Positions 39,116 through 49,122 of a DNA stretch of 64,000 nt are shown piece by piece. Numbering within the stretch: the first letter of the stretch is position 1; every line of letters starts with the position of its first letter. The notes beneath the pieces are model-generated. The model had not been told where the DNA came from, made no database searches, and saw only the letters and a program-made list of their open reading frames with translations. The translations under genes were made by a program, and so were the position numbers. This stretch comes from a bacterium (GTDB lineage Bacteria; SAR324; XYD2-FULL-50-16). Location of the stretch: positions 5,662-69,661 of the forward strand of contig JAVVEA010000013.1 of the NCBI GenBank assembly GCA_032250835.1, in the 5' to 3' direction.

Positions 39116-39532
39116 CTAGAAAGGCTTAAAGACCACCAAAAAAACGATGGCCACTAAAAGTAAGGTCGGCAACTCGTTAAAGATCCGGTAGAAGCGGTGG
39201 CTGTGTTGGTTGCGGTCTTCGGCGAACTCCAACAGGTACCGGTAGCAGAAGAAGTGATAGACCACCAAGGCCACCACCAAGGTTAATTTGGCGTGCATCC
39301 AGCCGCCTCCGAACCCAAATCCCAGCCAAAGCCAAGTACCAAAAGCCAGCGTCAAGAGCATGCTGGGCGTCATGATGTAGTGAAACAGCTTATGTTCCAT
39401 CACCTTAAAACGCTCAATGCCCGGCTCGTCCGCCGTATTGGCGTGGTAGACGTAAAGCCTGGGGAGATAAAAAAGCCCGGCGAACCAGGTGATCACCACA
39501 ATGATGTGCAGTGATTTTAGCGTTTCGTACAT
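39116..39532 (-). CDS. hemJ: Protoporphyrinogen oxidase HemJ
   Basis: KSLHII.VITWFAGLFYLPRLYVYH, WMHAKL, RIFNELP, VFKPF. Confidence 0.92.
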   Translation of the reverse strand: MYETLKSLHIIVVITWFAGLFYLPRLYVYHANTADEPGIERFKVMEHKLFHYIMTPSMLLTLAFGTWLWLGFGFGGGWMHAKLTLVVALVVYHFFCYRYLLEFAEDRNQHSHRFYRIFNELPTLLLVAIVFLVVFKPF

Positions 39533-39549
39533 AGGGGGGGGGTGGGGGT

Positions 39550-39584
39550 AAAAAAAAAGGGAAGAACCCGCCGGGCCCTTCCCT
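39550..39584 (-). terminator. Intrinsic terminator of hup
   Basis: Minus strand AGGGAAGGGCCCG-G-CGGGTTCTTCCC followed by T9. Confidence 0.75.
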
Positions 39585-39615
39585 CAATCAGAAAACCTCG
39601 AATTGAGGGATTCGC

Positions 39616-39903
39616 TTACTTGTTGACAGCGTCGCGCAGTTTCTTGCCAGGGCGGAACTTAGCTACTTTTGCCTTCGGGATTTTGATCTTGGCGCCCGTC
39701 TTGGGGTTGCGACCTTCGCGAGCCTGGCGGCTAGCGGTGGTGAAGGTACCGAAACCAACCAAGGTAACGTTCTTGTCTTTGGTCAAAGCTTCTTGGATAG
39801 AATCCAATACAGCGTTGAGGACTTTTTCGGTAGCGGCTTTAGTGGTTCCTGCGGCGGTGGCTGCGTCAGCGACCAGTTCTGCTTTGGTCATGTTTTCGCT
39901 CAT
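39616..39903 (-). CDS. hup: HU family DNA-binding protein
   Basis: MTKAELV, LVGFGTF, REGRNPKTG, FRPGKKL. Confidence 0.95.
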   Translation of the reverse strand: MSENMTKAELVADAATAAGTTKAATEKVLNAVLDSIQEALTKDKNVTLVGFGTFTTASRQAREGRNPKTGAKIKIPKAKVAKFRPGKKLRDAVNK

Positions 39904-40039
39904 TTATCCGTTCTCCTAATGAGTGATTGTACGAAAAGGGAGATGTTCAAAGGTTGCACACAAAGCTTTATCAAATTAAAGCCAAAAAGCAACCGTATTT
40001 CTCCTGAGTGCTGCAAATTTTTTCTTCGCTAGAACCGCA

Positions 40040-41341
40040 TCAGTTCTGGAACAAGTCTCTTTTGAAGATCGTTTCTTCCCTTTTTGGGCCCGTTGAGACC
40101 AAGGTAATCGGCACCCCTAAAAGCTCCTCGATCCGCTCTAGGTAGGCCTTTGCGCCTTCTGGCAAAAGCGCGTAGTCGGTAATCCCTTGTGAACTCTGGC
40201 TCCAACCGTTCATCTCTTCATATACCGGTTTGAGTAATTCCTGCTGGGCTAAATTATGAGGGAATCGGTCGATTCGGGTGCCGTCTGGTAACTCGTAGGC
40301 GGTACAAATCTTCAATTTTTTCATCCCATCAAGTACATCCAGCTTGGTGATGCCCAAATCGGTCATGCCGTTGATCCTTGCCGATTCTTTCACCAAAACG
40401 GCGTCAAACCAGCCGCAGCGCCGTGCGCGGCCGGTAGTGGCGCCAAATTCAGCGCCGACGCTAGACATATGTTTGCCATCGGCGTCGTCCAGTTCCGTGG
40501 GGAAGGGGCCCGAGCCGACCCGGGTGGTGTAGGCCTTAACGACGCCCACAATCCGGTCGATTCGGTTGGGGGCCACGCCCGCGCCGGTGCATGCTCCGCC
40601 CGAGGTGGTGTTGCTGCTGGTGACGAAGGGGTAGGTGCCGTGGTCGATGTCTAAAAAGGTACCCTGGGCGCCTTCGAACAGGACGTGGTTGCCCGCATCG
40701 ATGCTGTCGTTGATCATCCGCGAACTATCGCAAAGGTAGGGACTGATTTTTTTCATCGCCTTCATCAGGTCTTCAAAGATCTGGTCCGAGTCGCAGAAGG
40801 GGCCTTTGTGGTCGAGCACATGCTTGAGGTAAAGGTTTTTTTCTTTTACCAAGCGGTCCAACTTGCCCTTAAAGCGGTTGTCGTTGTCTACCTCCACAAA
40901 GCGCACACCCTGGCGGCCCACTTTGTCTTCATAGGCCGGGCCGATGCCGCGCGCGGTGGTGCCGATTTTGTCTTTTCCGGCCCGGGCTTCGCGGGCGGCG
41001 TCGATCATGCGGTGGTAAGGCAGGATCAGGCTAGCGGCGTCGGAGATGAACAAACGCCCTTCCATCGACAGGCCCAGCGCCTCTAATTCGGCCACTTCTT
41101 TGAGTAGGGCCTCCGGGTCGATCACCATGCCATTGCCCAAAACACATTGGGTGTTTTTCTGGGTCATGCCTGAAGGGATCAGGTGTAAGATGAAGGTCTG
41201 GTCACCAAATTTGACGGTGTGCCCTGCGTTGTTGCCCCCCTGGAAGCGGGCCACTAAAGCGGCCTTTTCGGCCAGCAGGTCCACCAATTTTCCTTTTCCT
41301 TCGTCGCCCCACTGGGAGCCGATTACGATCACATTGGCCAT
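40040..41341 (-). CDS. purA: Adenylosuccinate synthetase
   Basis: QWGDEGKGK, GGNNAGHT, FEGAQG, YTTRVGSGPFPTE, TTGRARRCGWFD. Confidence 0.97.
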   Translation of the reverse strand: MANVIVIGSQWGDEGKGKLVDLLAEKAALVARFQGGNNAGHTVKFGDQTFILHLIPSGMTQKNTQCVLGNGMVIDPEALLKEVAELEALGLSMEGRLFISDAASLILPYHRMIDAAREARAGKDKIGTTARGIGPAYEDKVGRQGVRFVEVDNDNRFKGKLDRLVKEKNLYLKHVLDHKGPFCDSDQIFEDLMKAMKKISPYLCDSSRMINDSIDAGNHVLFEGAQGTFLDIDHGTYPFVTSSNTTSGGACTGAGVAPNRIDRIVGVVKAYTTRVGSGPFPTELDDADGKHMSSVGAEFGATTGRARRCGWFDAVLVKESARINGMTDLGITKLDVLDGMKKLKICTAYELPDGTRIDRFPHNLAQQELLKPVYEEMNGWSQSSQGITDYALLPEGAKAYLERIEELLGVPITLVSTGPKREETIFKRDLFQN

Positions 41342-41391
41342 ATCGTTCCGTTTCTCAAGAAAATAGGGTTCAGGCCCCCCAAAGGGCTCGA

Positions 41392-42006
41392 TTAATGGTT
41401 TGTCTCCTGGCGGATCACTTTACCGCCGATCAGCGCCACTGCTCCGGTGGCTACTTGGTCTAAGGCCAAGGGAAAGATGCGGTGTTCCTCCCGCAGCACC
41501 CTTCGGGCCAAATCTTCTTCGCGGTCGTCCGAATATACCGGCACCACCGCCTGTTCGACTATTGCCCCCGAGTCTACCCCTTCGTCCACAAAGATCACCG
41601 AACAGCCAGCGTAACGTACGCCGTATTCGAGCGCCTTTTGGTGGGTGTGCAAGCCCGGAAAGGCCGGTAAAAGCGAAGGGTGGATGTTGATCATCCGACC
41701 ACTCCATTCTCGCACGAACCAGGGCGAAAGCAAACGTAGAAAACCGGCCAGCGCCACCAATTCAATACCCGCCCCCTTTAAGGCCCGATCCAATGCCCGA
41801 TCGAAGGCCTCGCGGCTTTCAAATTCCCGGTGGTCGATCACCAAGCCGGGCAAGCCCGCTGCTTCGGCGCGGCTTAAGCCTTTGACCCCGGCGTTGTTGC
41901 TGATCACCAGTTTTAGGTCGTAATGGCTGGTGCCGCTTTGCCAATGTTCGATGATTGCCTGAAGGTTTGAACCTTTCCCGGAGATCAACACCGCCGTCGG
42001 TTTCAT
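41392..42006 (-). CDS. purN: Phosphoribosylglycinamide formyltransferase
   Basis: SGKGSNLQA, LAGFLR, NIHPSLLP, VDEGVDSG. Confidence 0.95.
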   Translation of the reverse strand: MKPTAVLISGKGSNLQAIIEHWQSGTSHYDLKLVISNNAGVKGLSRAEAAGLPGLVIDHREFESREAFDRALDRALKGAGIELVALAGFLRLLSPWFVREWSGRMINIHPSLLPAFPGLHTHQKALEYGVRYAGCSVIFVDEGVDSGAIVEQAVVPVYSDDREEDLARRVLREEHRIFPLALDQVATGAVALIGGKVIRQETNH

Positions 42007-43754
42007 TGATTTTCCGGGCTCGAGGCGATGACCGCCTGCTCCATCTGCAATCGGTATTCAACGTGGACCGCCTTCAACGCCGGGTATTTGATGGAAAGGA
42101 TTTGCAGTGCCAATACTGCGGCGTTATCGCCCCGGTCGATCCCCACGGTAGCCACCGGAATGCCCGGAGGCATTTGCACCACCGCCAACAAGGCGTCCTG
42201 CCCGCTCAGCGCAGAACCGGACGCCGGTACACCGATCACCGGCAAGCCGGTCTCAGAAGCGACCACCCCCGGCAAGTGGGCGGCCATCCCGGCGATGGCA
42301 ATAAAGACTTCCACCCCTTCGCGGTGCCAGCGGTGCAAGGTGTCGCGGGTGCGCTCGGGGGTACGGTGGGCCGAAGAAACGATCACCTCGTAGCGGATCC
42401 CGAACTGGTCTAGCAGTTTGGTGCCCTTTTGGGCGACCTTCATGTCACTAGCCGAGCCCATGATGATGCCCACCTTTTTGCCGGTGGGGACGCCTTTTTT
42501 GAGGCCCTTGAGCCCAATGTCCCGGCGCAATTGCATCCCCGGCCAATGGATATGGGCCGCGGCAGCGTAGGCTTTGTCTAGCGCCGCTTGCAGCGTTTCG
42601 CCTAGGGCCGTAACCGCCAAGACGCGCCCGCCATTGGTTTTAAAGCGGTTGCTGTCGGCGGCGGTGCCCGCATGGAAGACTTGCAGTTCGTCGTTGCACT
42701 CGACTTCTTCTAGGCCTTGGATCACCTGACCCTGGGCGTAAGGACCGGGATAACCGCCCGAAGCCAAGACTACGCAGGCCGCTGCTTGGGGTTTCCAGCG
42801 GGCTTCAAATTCCTTTAAGCGCCCTTGGGCCAACTTTTCGCCTAGGCGGACCAAGTCGGCGTCAAAAAGCATCATCAAGGGTTGGCATTCGGGGTCGCCG
42901 AAGCGGATGTTGTATTCGACCACCTTGGCTCGGCCTTGGTGGATCATCAGACCGATGTATAAGACTCCCTTATAGGGGTGTCCGTCGGCGGCCATGCCTT
43001 TGATGGTCGGCTCGACCACCTCCTGTTTGACCTGCTCTTCCACTTCAGGACTCAAGATCGGTGCGGGGCTGTAACAGCCCATGCCGCCCGTGTTGGGGCC
43101 TCGGTCTAGTTCAAAGACCCGTTTGTGGTCTTGTAGGCTGGGCAGGCTGAGGTAGTCCTTGCCATCGGTGAAGACAAAATAACTGGCTTCCTCGCCGGGC
43201 ATAAATTCTTCGATCACCAGCGTTTCGCCCGCTTCGCCAAACTTACCGCCTAACATCTCGTCTACGGCGGCTTCGGCGCTGGCCAGATCCTCGGCGATGA
43301 CCACGCCCTTACCGGCGGCTAGCCCGCTGGCTTTGATCACATAGGGGGCGCTTAAAGTGGCCAAAAACTGCTTGGCCGGGGTGGCAGAGGTGAAGGCTTG
43401 GTAGCCTGAGGTGGGGATTTGGTGGCGCGCCATAAAGGCCTTGGCAAAGGCTTTGCTGCCTTCGAGCGCGGCCGCGGCGGCGCTGGGGCCGACGACCATG
43501 ATCCCGGCGGCTTCCAACTGGTCGGCTAGGCCTTGTACCAGATAATCCTCTTGGCCTGCAAAGACCAGCCCGATTCCCTCGGCTTGGGCTCTGGAGACAA
43601 TTTGGTCAAGATCGGTCAGGCCCCAACATTCGGCAATCTGGGCGATACCGCCGTTTCCAGGGGTGACCGCCAAGGATTGGCATTGAGGGCTTTTTTTAAG
43701 CGCATAAGCTAAGGCGTGTTCACGCCCACCTGCGCCGACGACCAGAACTTTCAT
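42003..43754 (-). CDS. purD: Fused phosphoribosylamine-glycine ligase PurD and PurE (N5-CAIR mutase)
   Basis: GGREHA, EGSKAFAK, GLAAGKGV, GPNTGGMG, RFGDPE; C-terminal IIMGSASD, SAHRTP, AAHLPG, QMPPGIPVATV. Confidence 0.94.
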   Translation of the reverse strand: MKVLVVGAGGREHALAYALKKSPQCQSLAVTPGNGGIAQIAECWGLTDLDQIVSRAQAEGIGLVFAGQEDYLVQGLADQLEAAGIMVVGPSAAAAALEGSKAFAKAFMARHQIPTSGYQAFTSATPAKQFLATLSAPYVIKASGLAAGKGVVIAEDLASAEAAVDEMLGGKFGEAGETLVIEEFMPGEEASYFVFTDGKDYLSLPSLQDHKRVFELDRGPNTGGMGCYSPAPILSPEVEEQVKQEVVEPTIKGMAADGHPYKGVLYIGLMIHQGRAKVVEYNIRFGDPECQPLMMLFDADLVRLGEKLAQGRLKEFEARWKPQAAACVVLASGGYPGPYAQGQVIQGLEEVECNDELQVFHAGTAADSNRFKTNGGRVLAVTALGETLQAALDKAYAAAAHIHWPGMQLRRDIGLKGLKKGVPTGKKVGIIMGSASDMKVAQKGTKLLDQFGIRYEVIVSSAHRTPERTRDTLHRWHREGVEVFIAIAGMAAHLPGVVASETGLPVIGVPASGSALSGQDALLAVVQMPPGIPVATVGIDRGDNAAVLALQILSIKYPALKAVHVEYRLQMEQAVIASSPENQ

Positions 43755-43839
43755 AGGGCTATTATCCTCGCATTGGTTGGAACCAAAAGCCCGGACGGAG
43801 CTTTAGACCCAACCAACTTGAAGGTTAATCAGAAAGTGG

Positions 43840-45207
43840 TCAAGGGGTTTGGGGCTCCTTAACCTGCGGCAGGTGGGCCATGGATTTTTGGATCGCTGCT
43901 TCGGGGTAAGCGTAGTCTTCTATCTCGCCAGAGAAGTACTTGTCATAAGCACCCATATCAAAGTGCCCATGTCCCGAAAGGTTAAAGAACAGCGTTTTCG
44001 GCTCGCCAGTTTTTTTGCATTCTAAGGCATCGTCCAAGCAAGCCTTGATGGCGTGGCAAGACTCCGGTGCCGGGATGATCCCTTCGGCCCGAGCAAAGGT
44101 GACGCCCGCTTCGAAGGTGCCCAGATTGCCGACGGCGCGCGCCTCTAAATGCCCTTCGTGGTAAAGCTGGCTAACCAGCGGAGAATCGCCGTGGTAGCGT
44201 AGCCCGCCTGCGTGGATCGACGGGGGTACAAAGTCGTGGCCTAAGGTGTACATCTTCATTAAAGGCGTCATCCCGGCGACGTCACCGAAGTCGTAGGCAT
44301 AGTGCCCCTTGGTCAAGGTCGGGCAACTGGTGGGCTCGACGGCGACCAAAGAAATCTTTTTGCCCGACCATTTATCGTGCAAGAAGGGGAAGGCCACCCC
44401 GCCGAAGTTAGAACCGCCGCCGCAGGGGGCATAGATCACGTCCGGGTAATCCCCGGCGAGCTCAAATTGTTTTTTTGCTTCTAAGCCGATGATGGTTTGG
44501 TGCAGCAATACATGGTTGAGCACCGAGCCTAAGGTGTAGTTGGTGTCGGCACGGCTGGCTGCTTCTTCGACGGCTTCGGAGATGGCGATGCCCAAAGAAC
44601 CGGGCGAGTCGGGATCTTGGGCCAAAATCTGGCGTCCGGCGTTGGTCATGTCGGTGGGGCTAGGGAAGACCTGTCCGCCCCACATCTGCATCATCGAGCG
44701 GCGGTAGGGCTTTTGGTGGTAGCTGACCTTAACCATATAAACCTTCACCTCTAGGCCAAAGTGCTGGCCTGCGTGGCTGATTGCCGAACCCCACTGGCCG
44801 GCACCCGTTTCGGTGGTCAGCCTTTTGATGCCCGCCATTTTGTTGTAATAGGCCTGGGGGATCGCGGAGTTGGGCTTGTGGCTGCCTGCGGCCGAGACGC
44901 CTTCATATTTAAAATAAATCTTTGCTGGGGTGCCCAGGGCGGCTTCTAAACCTCGGGCCCGCACTAGCGGGCTGGGCCGCCATTGGGCGTAAGCTTGGCG
45001 TACCTCGGCGGGAATCTCGATCCAGCGCGCCTGGGCCATCTCTTGCTCGATCAAGGCGTCGGGGAAGATGGCGGCTAAGGCGTCGGGGGTGACGACCGAA
45101 CCATCAGGGGCCAGAGGCGGCGTGGGCGGGTTGGGCATATCCGCCATCACGTTATACCAATGCGTGGGGATGTCGCTTTCCTTGAGTAGGAATTTAGTTG
45201 GTTTCAT
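43840..45207 (-). CDS. trpB2: TrpB2-type PLP enzyme (tryptophan synthase beta-like)
   Basis: GSHKPN, TETGAGQWG, GSLGIAISEAVE, GGGSNF, HAGGLRYHG, NLSGHG. Confidence 0.93.
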   Translation of the reverse strand: MKPTKFLLKESDIPTHWYNVMADMPNPPTPPLAPDGSVVTPDALAAIFPDALIEQEMAQARWIEIPAEVRQAYAQWRPSPLVRARGLEAALGTPAKIYFKYEGVSAAGSHKPNSAIPQAYYNKMAGIKRLTTETGAGQWGSAISHAGQHFGLEVKVYMVKVSYHQKPYRRSMMQMWGGQVFPSPTDMTNAGRQILAQDPDSPGSLGIAISEAVEEAASRADTNYTLGSVLNHVLLHQTIIGLEAKKQFELAGDYPDVIYAPCGGGSNFGGVAFPFLHDKWSGKKISLVAVEPTSCPTLTKGHYAYDFGDVAGMTPLMKMYTLGHDFVPPSIHAGGLRYHGDSPLVSQLYHEGHLEARAVGNLGTFEAGVTFARAEGIIPAPESCHAIKACLDDALECKKTGEPKTLFFNLSGHGHFDMGAYDKYFSGEIEDYAYPEAAIQKSMAHLPQVKEPQTP

Positions 45208-45352
45208 CAAGCCTCCGGTGAAAATGATTGGGATGGTGATTCGTTGCATCTATCACATCAAGGAGCGATTATCCAGCCTCTAAGGAGGGAAAAAATCCTG
45301 GCCAAGCCGGTTCGGATAACCTATAAGTATAGTCCTGACCAATCGAGGGGTA

Positions 45353-46123
45353 ATGAATATCAAGTTTTTGGGTGTTGGGTCGGCTTTTACGACGGCCGAC
45401 TACTTTCAATCGAATCTGTTGATCACCGCTGACAGCGGCAAGAGGCTCTTGGTCGATTGCGGCACAGACGTCCGGTTCTCTTTGGCCGAAGCCGGGCTGG
45501 GTCCCTTCGATATTGACGCGGTGTATTTGAGCCACCAACATGCCGACCATTTGGGCGGGATCGAGTTCTTGGTTTACGCGACCTTTTTCTCTCCTGATTT
45601 CAAACACCCGTTGCTTTTTGCTGAAGAAAACCTACTGCATACCGCTTGGGAACATAGCATCAAAGGTGGGCTAGGCTGTGTGGATGATGTCCCGCGCAAA
45701 CTAGACGACTTCTTCCGCCCCCAGCCGGTTGCCGAGAACGGCAGCTTCGAGTGGGAGGGCAACCGGTTCACCTTGGTGAAGATGCCTCATGTGATCACCC
45801 AAGTCTGTCAGCTCTATTCTTATGGTTTGTTGATGGAGTCTTCAGGCGGCGAGAAGGCCTTTTTCTCGACCGATGCGCTTTATCAGCCCGATATCTTGGC
45901 TCCCCTCGCCGAACAGGTTCAGGTGATCTGGCACGACGCCGAGACCCGCAACCCCGCCACCGGTGTCCATGCCCACTACGAACAACTGGTGGACCTGCCT
46001 GCCGCCATTAAAGCCAAAACTTGGCTTTACCATTACCAGCCAAATCCCGAATTCAATCCCTTAGAAGACGGTTTCTTGGGCTTTGTTGCCAAGGGCCAAG
46101 AATTCACGCTCAAATCCCGCTGA
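45353..46123 (+). CDS. MBL-fold metallo-hydrolase (RNase Z-like family)
   Basis: GVGSAF, LVDCG, SHQHADHLGG, FSTD, VHAHY, LYHY. Confidence 0.88.
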   Translation: MNIKFLGVGSAFTTADYFQSNLLITADSGKRLLVDCGTDVRFSLAEAGLGPFDIDAVYLSHQHADHLGGIEFLVYATFFSPDFKHPLLFAEENLLHTAWEHSIKGGLGCVDDVPRKLDDFFRPQPVAENGSFEWEGNRFTLVKMPHVITQVCQLYSYGLLMESSGGEKAFFSTDALYQPDILAPLAEQVQVIWHDAETRNPATGVHAHYEQLVDLPAAIKAKTWLYHYQPNPEFNPLEDGFLGFVAKGQEFTLKSR

Positions 46124-46127
46124 AGCC

Positions 46128-47054
46128 ATGAAACGCATGGTGATCTTAAACCCTACCGCACGCCAGGGGCGGGCGTTGGGGTTAAAGGACCTTTTGATTG
46201 AGCTGTTGGGCTTTGGGGCCAGCCAATTGGATTTGGAGGTTACCGAAGACCGGGGCCATGCCACGCTCTTGGCTACCCAAGCGCTCGAAGCCGGATATGA
46301 CCACTTGATTGCCGTCGGCGGCGACGGCACGGCGAATGAAGTGGCCAACGGTTTCTTTATGGACCCGCAACAGAGCTATCCCCAAGCTCGTCTTTCGGTG
46401 ATCCTGCAAGGCACCGGTTGTGATTTGGGCCGCAGCTTTGGGCTGGGGCCTAGCCTAGAAGAACAAATCGCCCGCATCCATTGGGGCCGCGATTGGCCTA
46501 TTGATGTGATCCAGGTGACCTTTAAGGACCCCGAAGGGGTGGAGCAAACCCGGGTGGCTTTAAATGTCACCGGCTTTGGGCTTTCGGGCGCGGTGGACCG
46601 ACGGATGCAGCAGCGCGACCGGGAATCGGCCAAGGCCTCGGGCCGGATGGCTTTCTTCGGGGTTACCGCCCAAGCTTATCTAGAATACCAAAAACCCTGG
46701 GTTCGGTTGAGCCTAGACGGAGGCCCGCCGATCTCGATGCGGGCACTTTCGGTGGCGGTGGCCAATGGACAGTTTTTTGGTGGCGGGATGTGGATTGCGC
46801 CCCAGGCGCGCAACAACGATGGCTATCTGGAGGTGGTGGTCTTGGGCGACTTAAATCCCCTTGAGGTGGTGACCAAGTTCGCCCATATCTACCGGGGCAC
46901 CCATCTGGGGATGCCTAATGTTTACCATTACCGCGCCCAGAGCCTAGAGGCCCAATGCGACCCGACCAGTTGGATCGACCTTGACGGCGAAGCGCCGGGT
47001 CAACTGCCCGCGAAGTTTGAGGTCCTTCCGCTGGCTTTGACCCTGCGGATTTAA
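46128..47054 (+). CDS. Diacylglycerol/lipid kinase family (YegS-like)
   Basis: [31 protein letters not shown]. Confidence 0.9.
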   Translation: MKRMVILNPTARQGRALGLKDLLIELLGFGASQLDLEVTEDRGHATLLATQALEAGYDHLIAVGGDGTANEVANGFFMDPQQSYPQARLSVILQGTGCDLGRSFGLGPSLEEQIARIHWGRDWPIDVIQVTFKDPEGVEQTRVALNVTGFGLSGAVDRRMQQRDRESAKASGRMAFFGVTAQAYLEYQKPWVRLSLDGGPPISMRALSVAVANGQFFGGGMWIAPQARNNDGYLEVVVLGDLNPLEVVTKFAHIYRGTHLGMPNVYHYRAQSLEAQCDPTSWIDLDGEAPGQLPAKFEVLPLALTLRI

Positions 47055-49027
47055 ACCTTAAACTTCACTACCTGCTGGGCCAAGTCTTCGGCCATGCGGG
47101 TTAGGTCGTCGATGGTGGCTTCTACCTGAGTGATGGCACTGGCCAGTTCGTTCATCGCCGCCGCCGAGGTTTCGCTCATCCGGGAGACATCCAAAATCGC
47201 CGCATTGATCTCTTGGGTACGCCGGTCCTGTTCGGTGATGGTCAGGGTCATTTCTTGGATCGCTCCGCCGATGTCCTTGACCTGGTTGGTGATCTGCCCC
47301 AGGGTTTCGCCGGTACGGGCAACCACCTGGGTGCCTTCCTTGACGTTTTCGCTGGAAATTTCGATCAATTGGCGGATTTGCTCCACCTGATTGTTGCTGC
47401 GTTCGGCCAAGGTGCGGACCTCATCGGCGACCACCGCAAAGCCCTTACCGGACTCGCCGGCTTTGGCGGCTTCGATGGCGGCGTTGAGGCTGAGGAGATT
47501 GGTTTGGTTGGCAATTTCGGTGATTACGTTGACGATCCCCACGATCTTAGAAGAAGACTCGCTGATCTTGTGGATCGCGGCGTCCGTCTCTTTCATGGCC
47601 TTACCACCCATGTAGGCGCCCTCTTGGGCGGCCGCAGAGAGGTCCGAAATATTGGCCGCCGTGTGGTTCATCTCCATCATCGCCGCCGCCAATTCGGCCA
47701 TGTTGGCGTTGGATTCGTTGACTGCCGCGGCCGAGGTTTCGATCCCTTCGTTGACCTCTTCGGTGGTCTTTTGGATTTGGGTGGCCGTAGCCGAAAGTTC
47801 CGCGCTTGAAGCGCTGAGTGTCTCGACGCCCTGGGCAATTTCCTTAAAGGCCCCTTGCAGGTTATCTAATAAATGGTTCATGGCTGTCGAGATCTCCGCC
47901 ACCTCGTCGTGACCCTTCACCTCAATCCGTCCGGTGAAGTCGTTTTCCTGCTCGATGTGTTGCATTAAGCCGGTGAGCTTGCGGATCGGTACGGTGATTA
48001 GGTTCGTGAAGATCGATGCGGCCAAGATCACGAAGATGGTACCCACCACGGCCAGCGCACCGTTGATCATCTCAATTTGGCGGATCGGGGCGAAGGCTTC
48101 CTCGGTGGTGATGCTGGCAATTAAAACCCAAGGGCTCCCCATGACGTCGATGGGGGTGTAGGCGGCGTATACTTCGCGGCCTGCGTAGTCTTGGATGACT
48201 TCTACGTGGGACTTGCCGGCCATGGCATCATGGATCGCGTGCATGTCTACCTTGCCCTGCTCGGGGTTGGCAAAGCTGGCCTTGACGCTGCGGTGTTCGG
48301 GGTCCAGGTAGGAATCAGAGCGCATCAGCAGGTCCGGACCGACCAAATAGGCCTCCCCGGTTTCGCCCAACCCTTCGCGGTGAGACATGAGCGCGTTGAT
48401 TTGGTCCAAGGGCATTTGGAAGGCCATATAGCCGATCACTTTTTCACCCTGTTCTACCGCACGCAAAAAGAAGGCTGCCGGTTCGTTGTTCGAAGGTGGG
48501 TAAGGGGCAAAGTCGCCGAAGGTGATTTCTTTATCTTCTTGTTGTAATTGGTAGAAGGCCGAGCCCAGCGAAGAGTTGCGCAGCGGCGGCTCGTTGAGGT
48601 TTAAGCCTAAGTCGGATTCCTCAGAGACCGTAAAAAGGATGTTGCCCTTGAGGTCGATCAGAAAGAGGTCATACCAGCCATAGAGCTTGGTGATGTGGTC
48701 TAAGTAGTTATGGTAGCGGTCATGGATTTGATCCCAGCGCTGGGTGCGGATCTTTCCTTCTTCTTGGTAGGCCGCCGAAAGGGCTTGCATCGCCCCGATC
48801 GCTTCGGGGTGGGTGTGCAAGACTTCAAATTGGTTCACCATGTTAGAGAAGATCTGCTCGATGGCGTATTTCTTCGAAGCACGTACCGCGTTTAGGTCCT
48901 CTTCAACCAACTTGGTGACCGCACTTTGGCTTTGGTAAATCGCCACGAATAAGTTGATCACTAGGGGAAGTAAGCTGATGGACAACGCGAGGACCATCAA
49001 CTTCCCTTTTAACTTGAGCTTTGGCAT
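47051..49027 (-). CDS. Methyl-accepting chemotaxis protein (Cache-HAMP-MCP)
   Basis: Two TM segments, Cache-like periplasmic region ([12 protein letters not shown]), [33 protein letters not shown]. Confidence 0.95.
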   Translation of the reverse strand: MPKLKLKGKLMVLALSISLLPLVINLFVAIYQSQSAVTKLVEEDLNAVRASKKYAIEQIFSNMVNQFEVLHTHPEAIGAMQALSAAYQEEGKIRTQRWDQIHDRYHNYLDHITKLYGWYDLFLIDLKGNILFTVSEESDLGLNLNEPPLRNSSLGSAFYQLQQEDKEITFGDFAPYPPSNNEPAAFFLRAVEQGEKVIGYMAFQMPLDQINALMSHREGLGETGEAYLVGPDLLMRSDSYLDPEHRSVKASFANPEQGKVDMHAIHDAMAGKSHVEVIQDYAGREVYAAYTPIDVMGSPWVLIASITTEEAFAPIRQIEMINGALAVVGTIFVILAASIFTNLITVPIRKLTGLMQHIEQENDFTGRIEVKGHDEVAEISTAMNHLLDNLQGAFKEIAQGVETLSASSAELSATATQIQKTTEEVNEGIETSAAAVNESNANMAELAAAMMEMNHTAANISDLSAAAQEGAYMGGKAMKETDAAIHKISESSSKIVGIVNVITEIANQTNLLSLNAAIEAAKAGESGKGFAVVADEVRTLAERSNNQVEQIRQLIEISSENVKEGTQVVARTGETLGQITNQVKDIGGAIQEMTLTITEQDRRTQEINAAILDVSRMSETSAAAMNELASAITQVEATIDDLTRMAEDLAQQVVKFKV

Positions 49028-49122
49028 AACAAGGGGGTCGGTAGAGTAAAAAAGCTTACGAATGGGTACAATTACTGCCCCAAGGGTAATGGATCGAGCA
49101 GCTTTTGCAAGCCCATTTTAAT

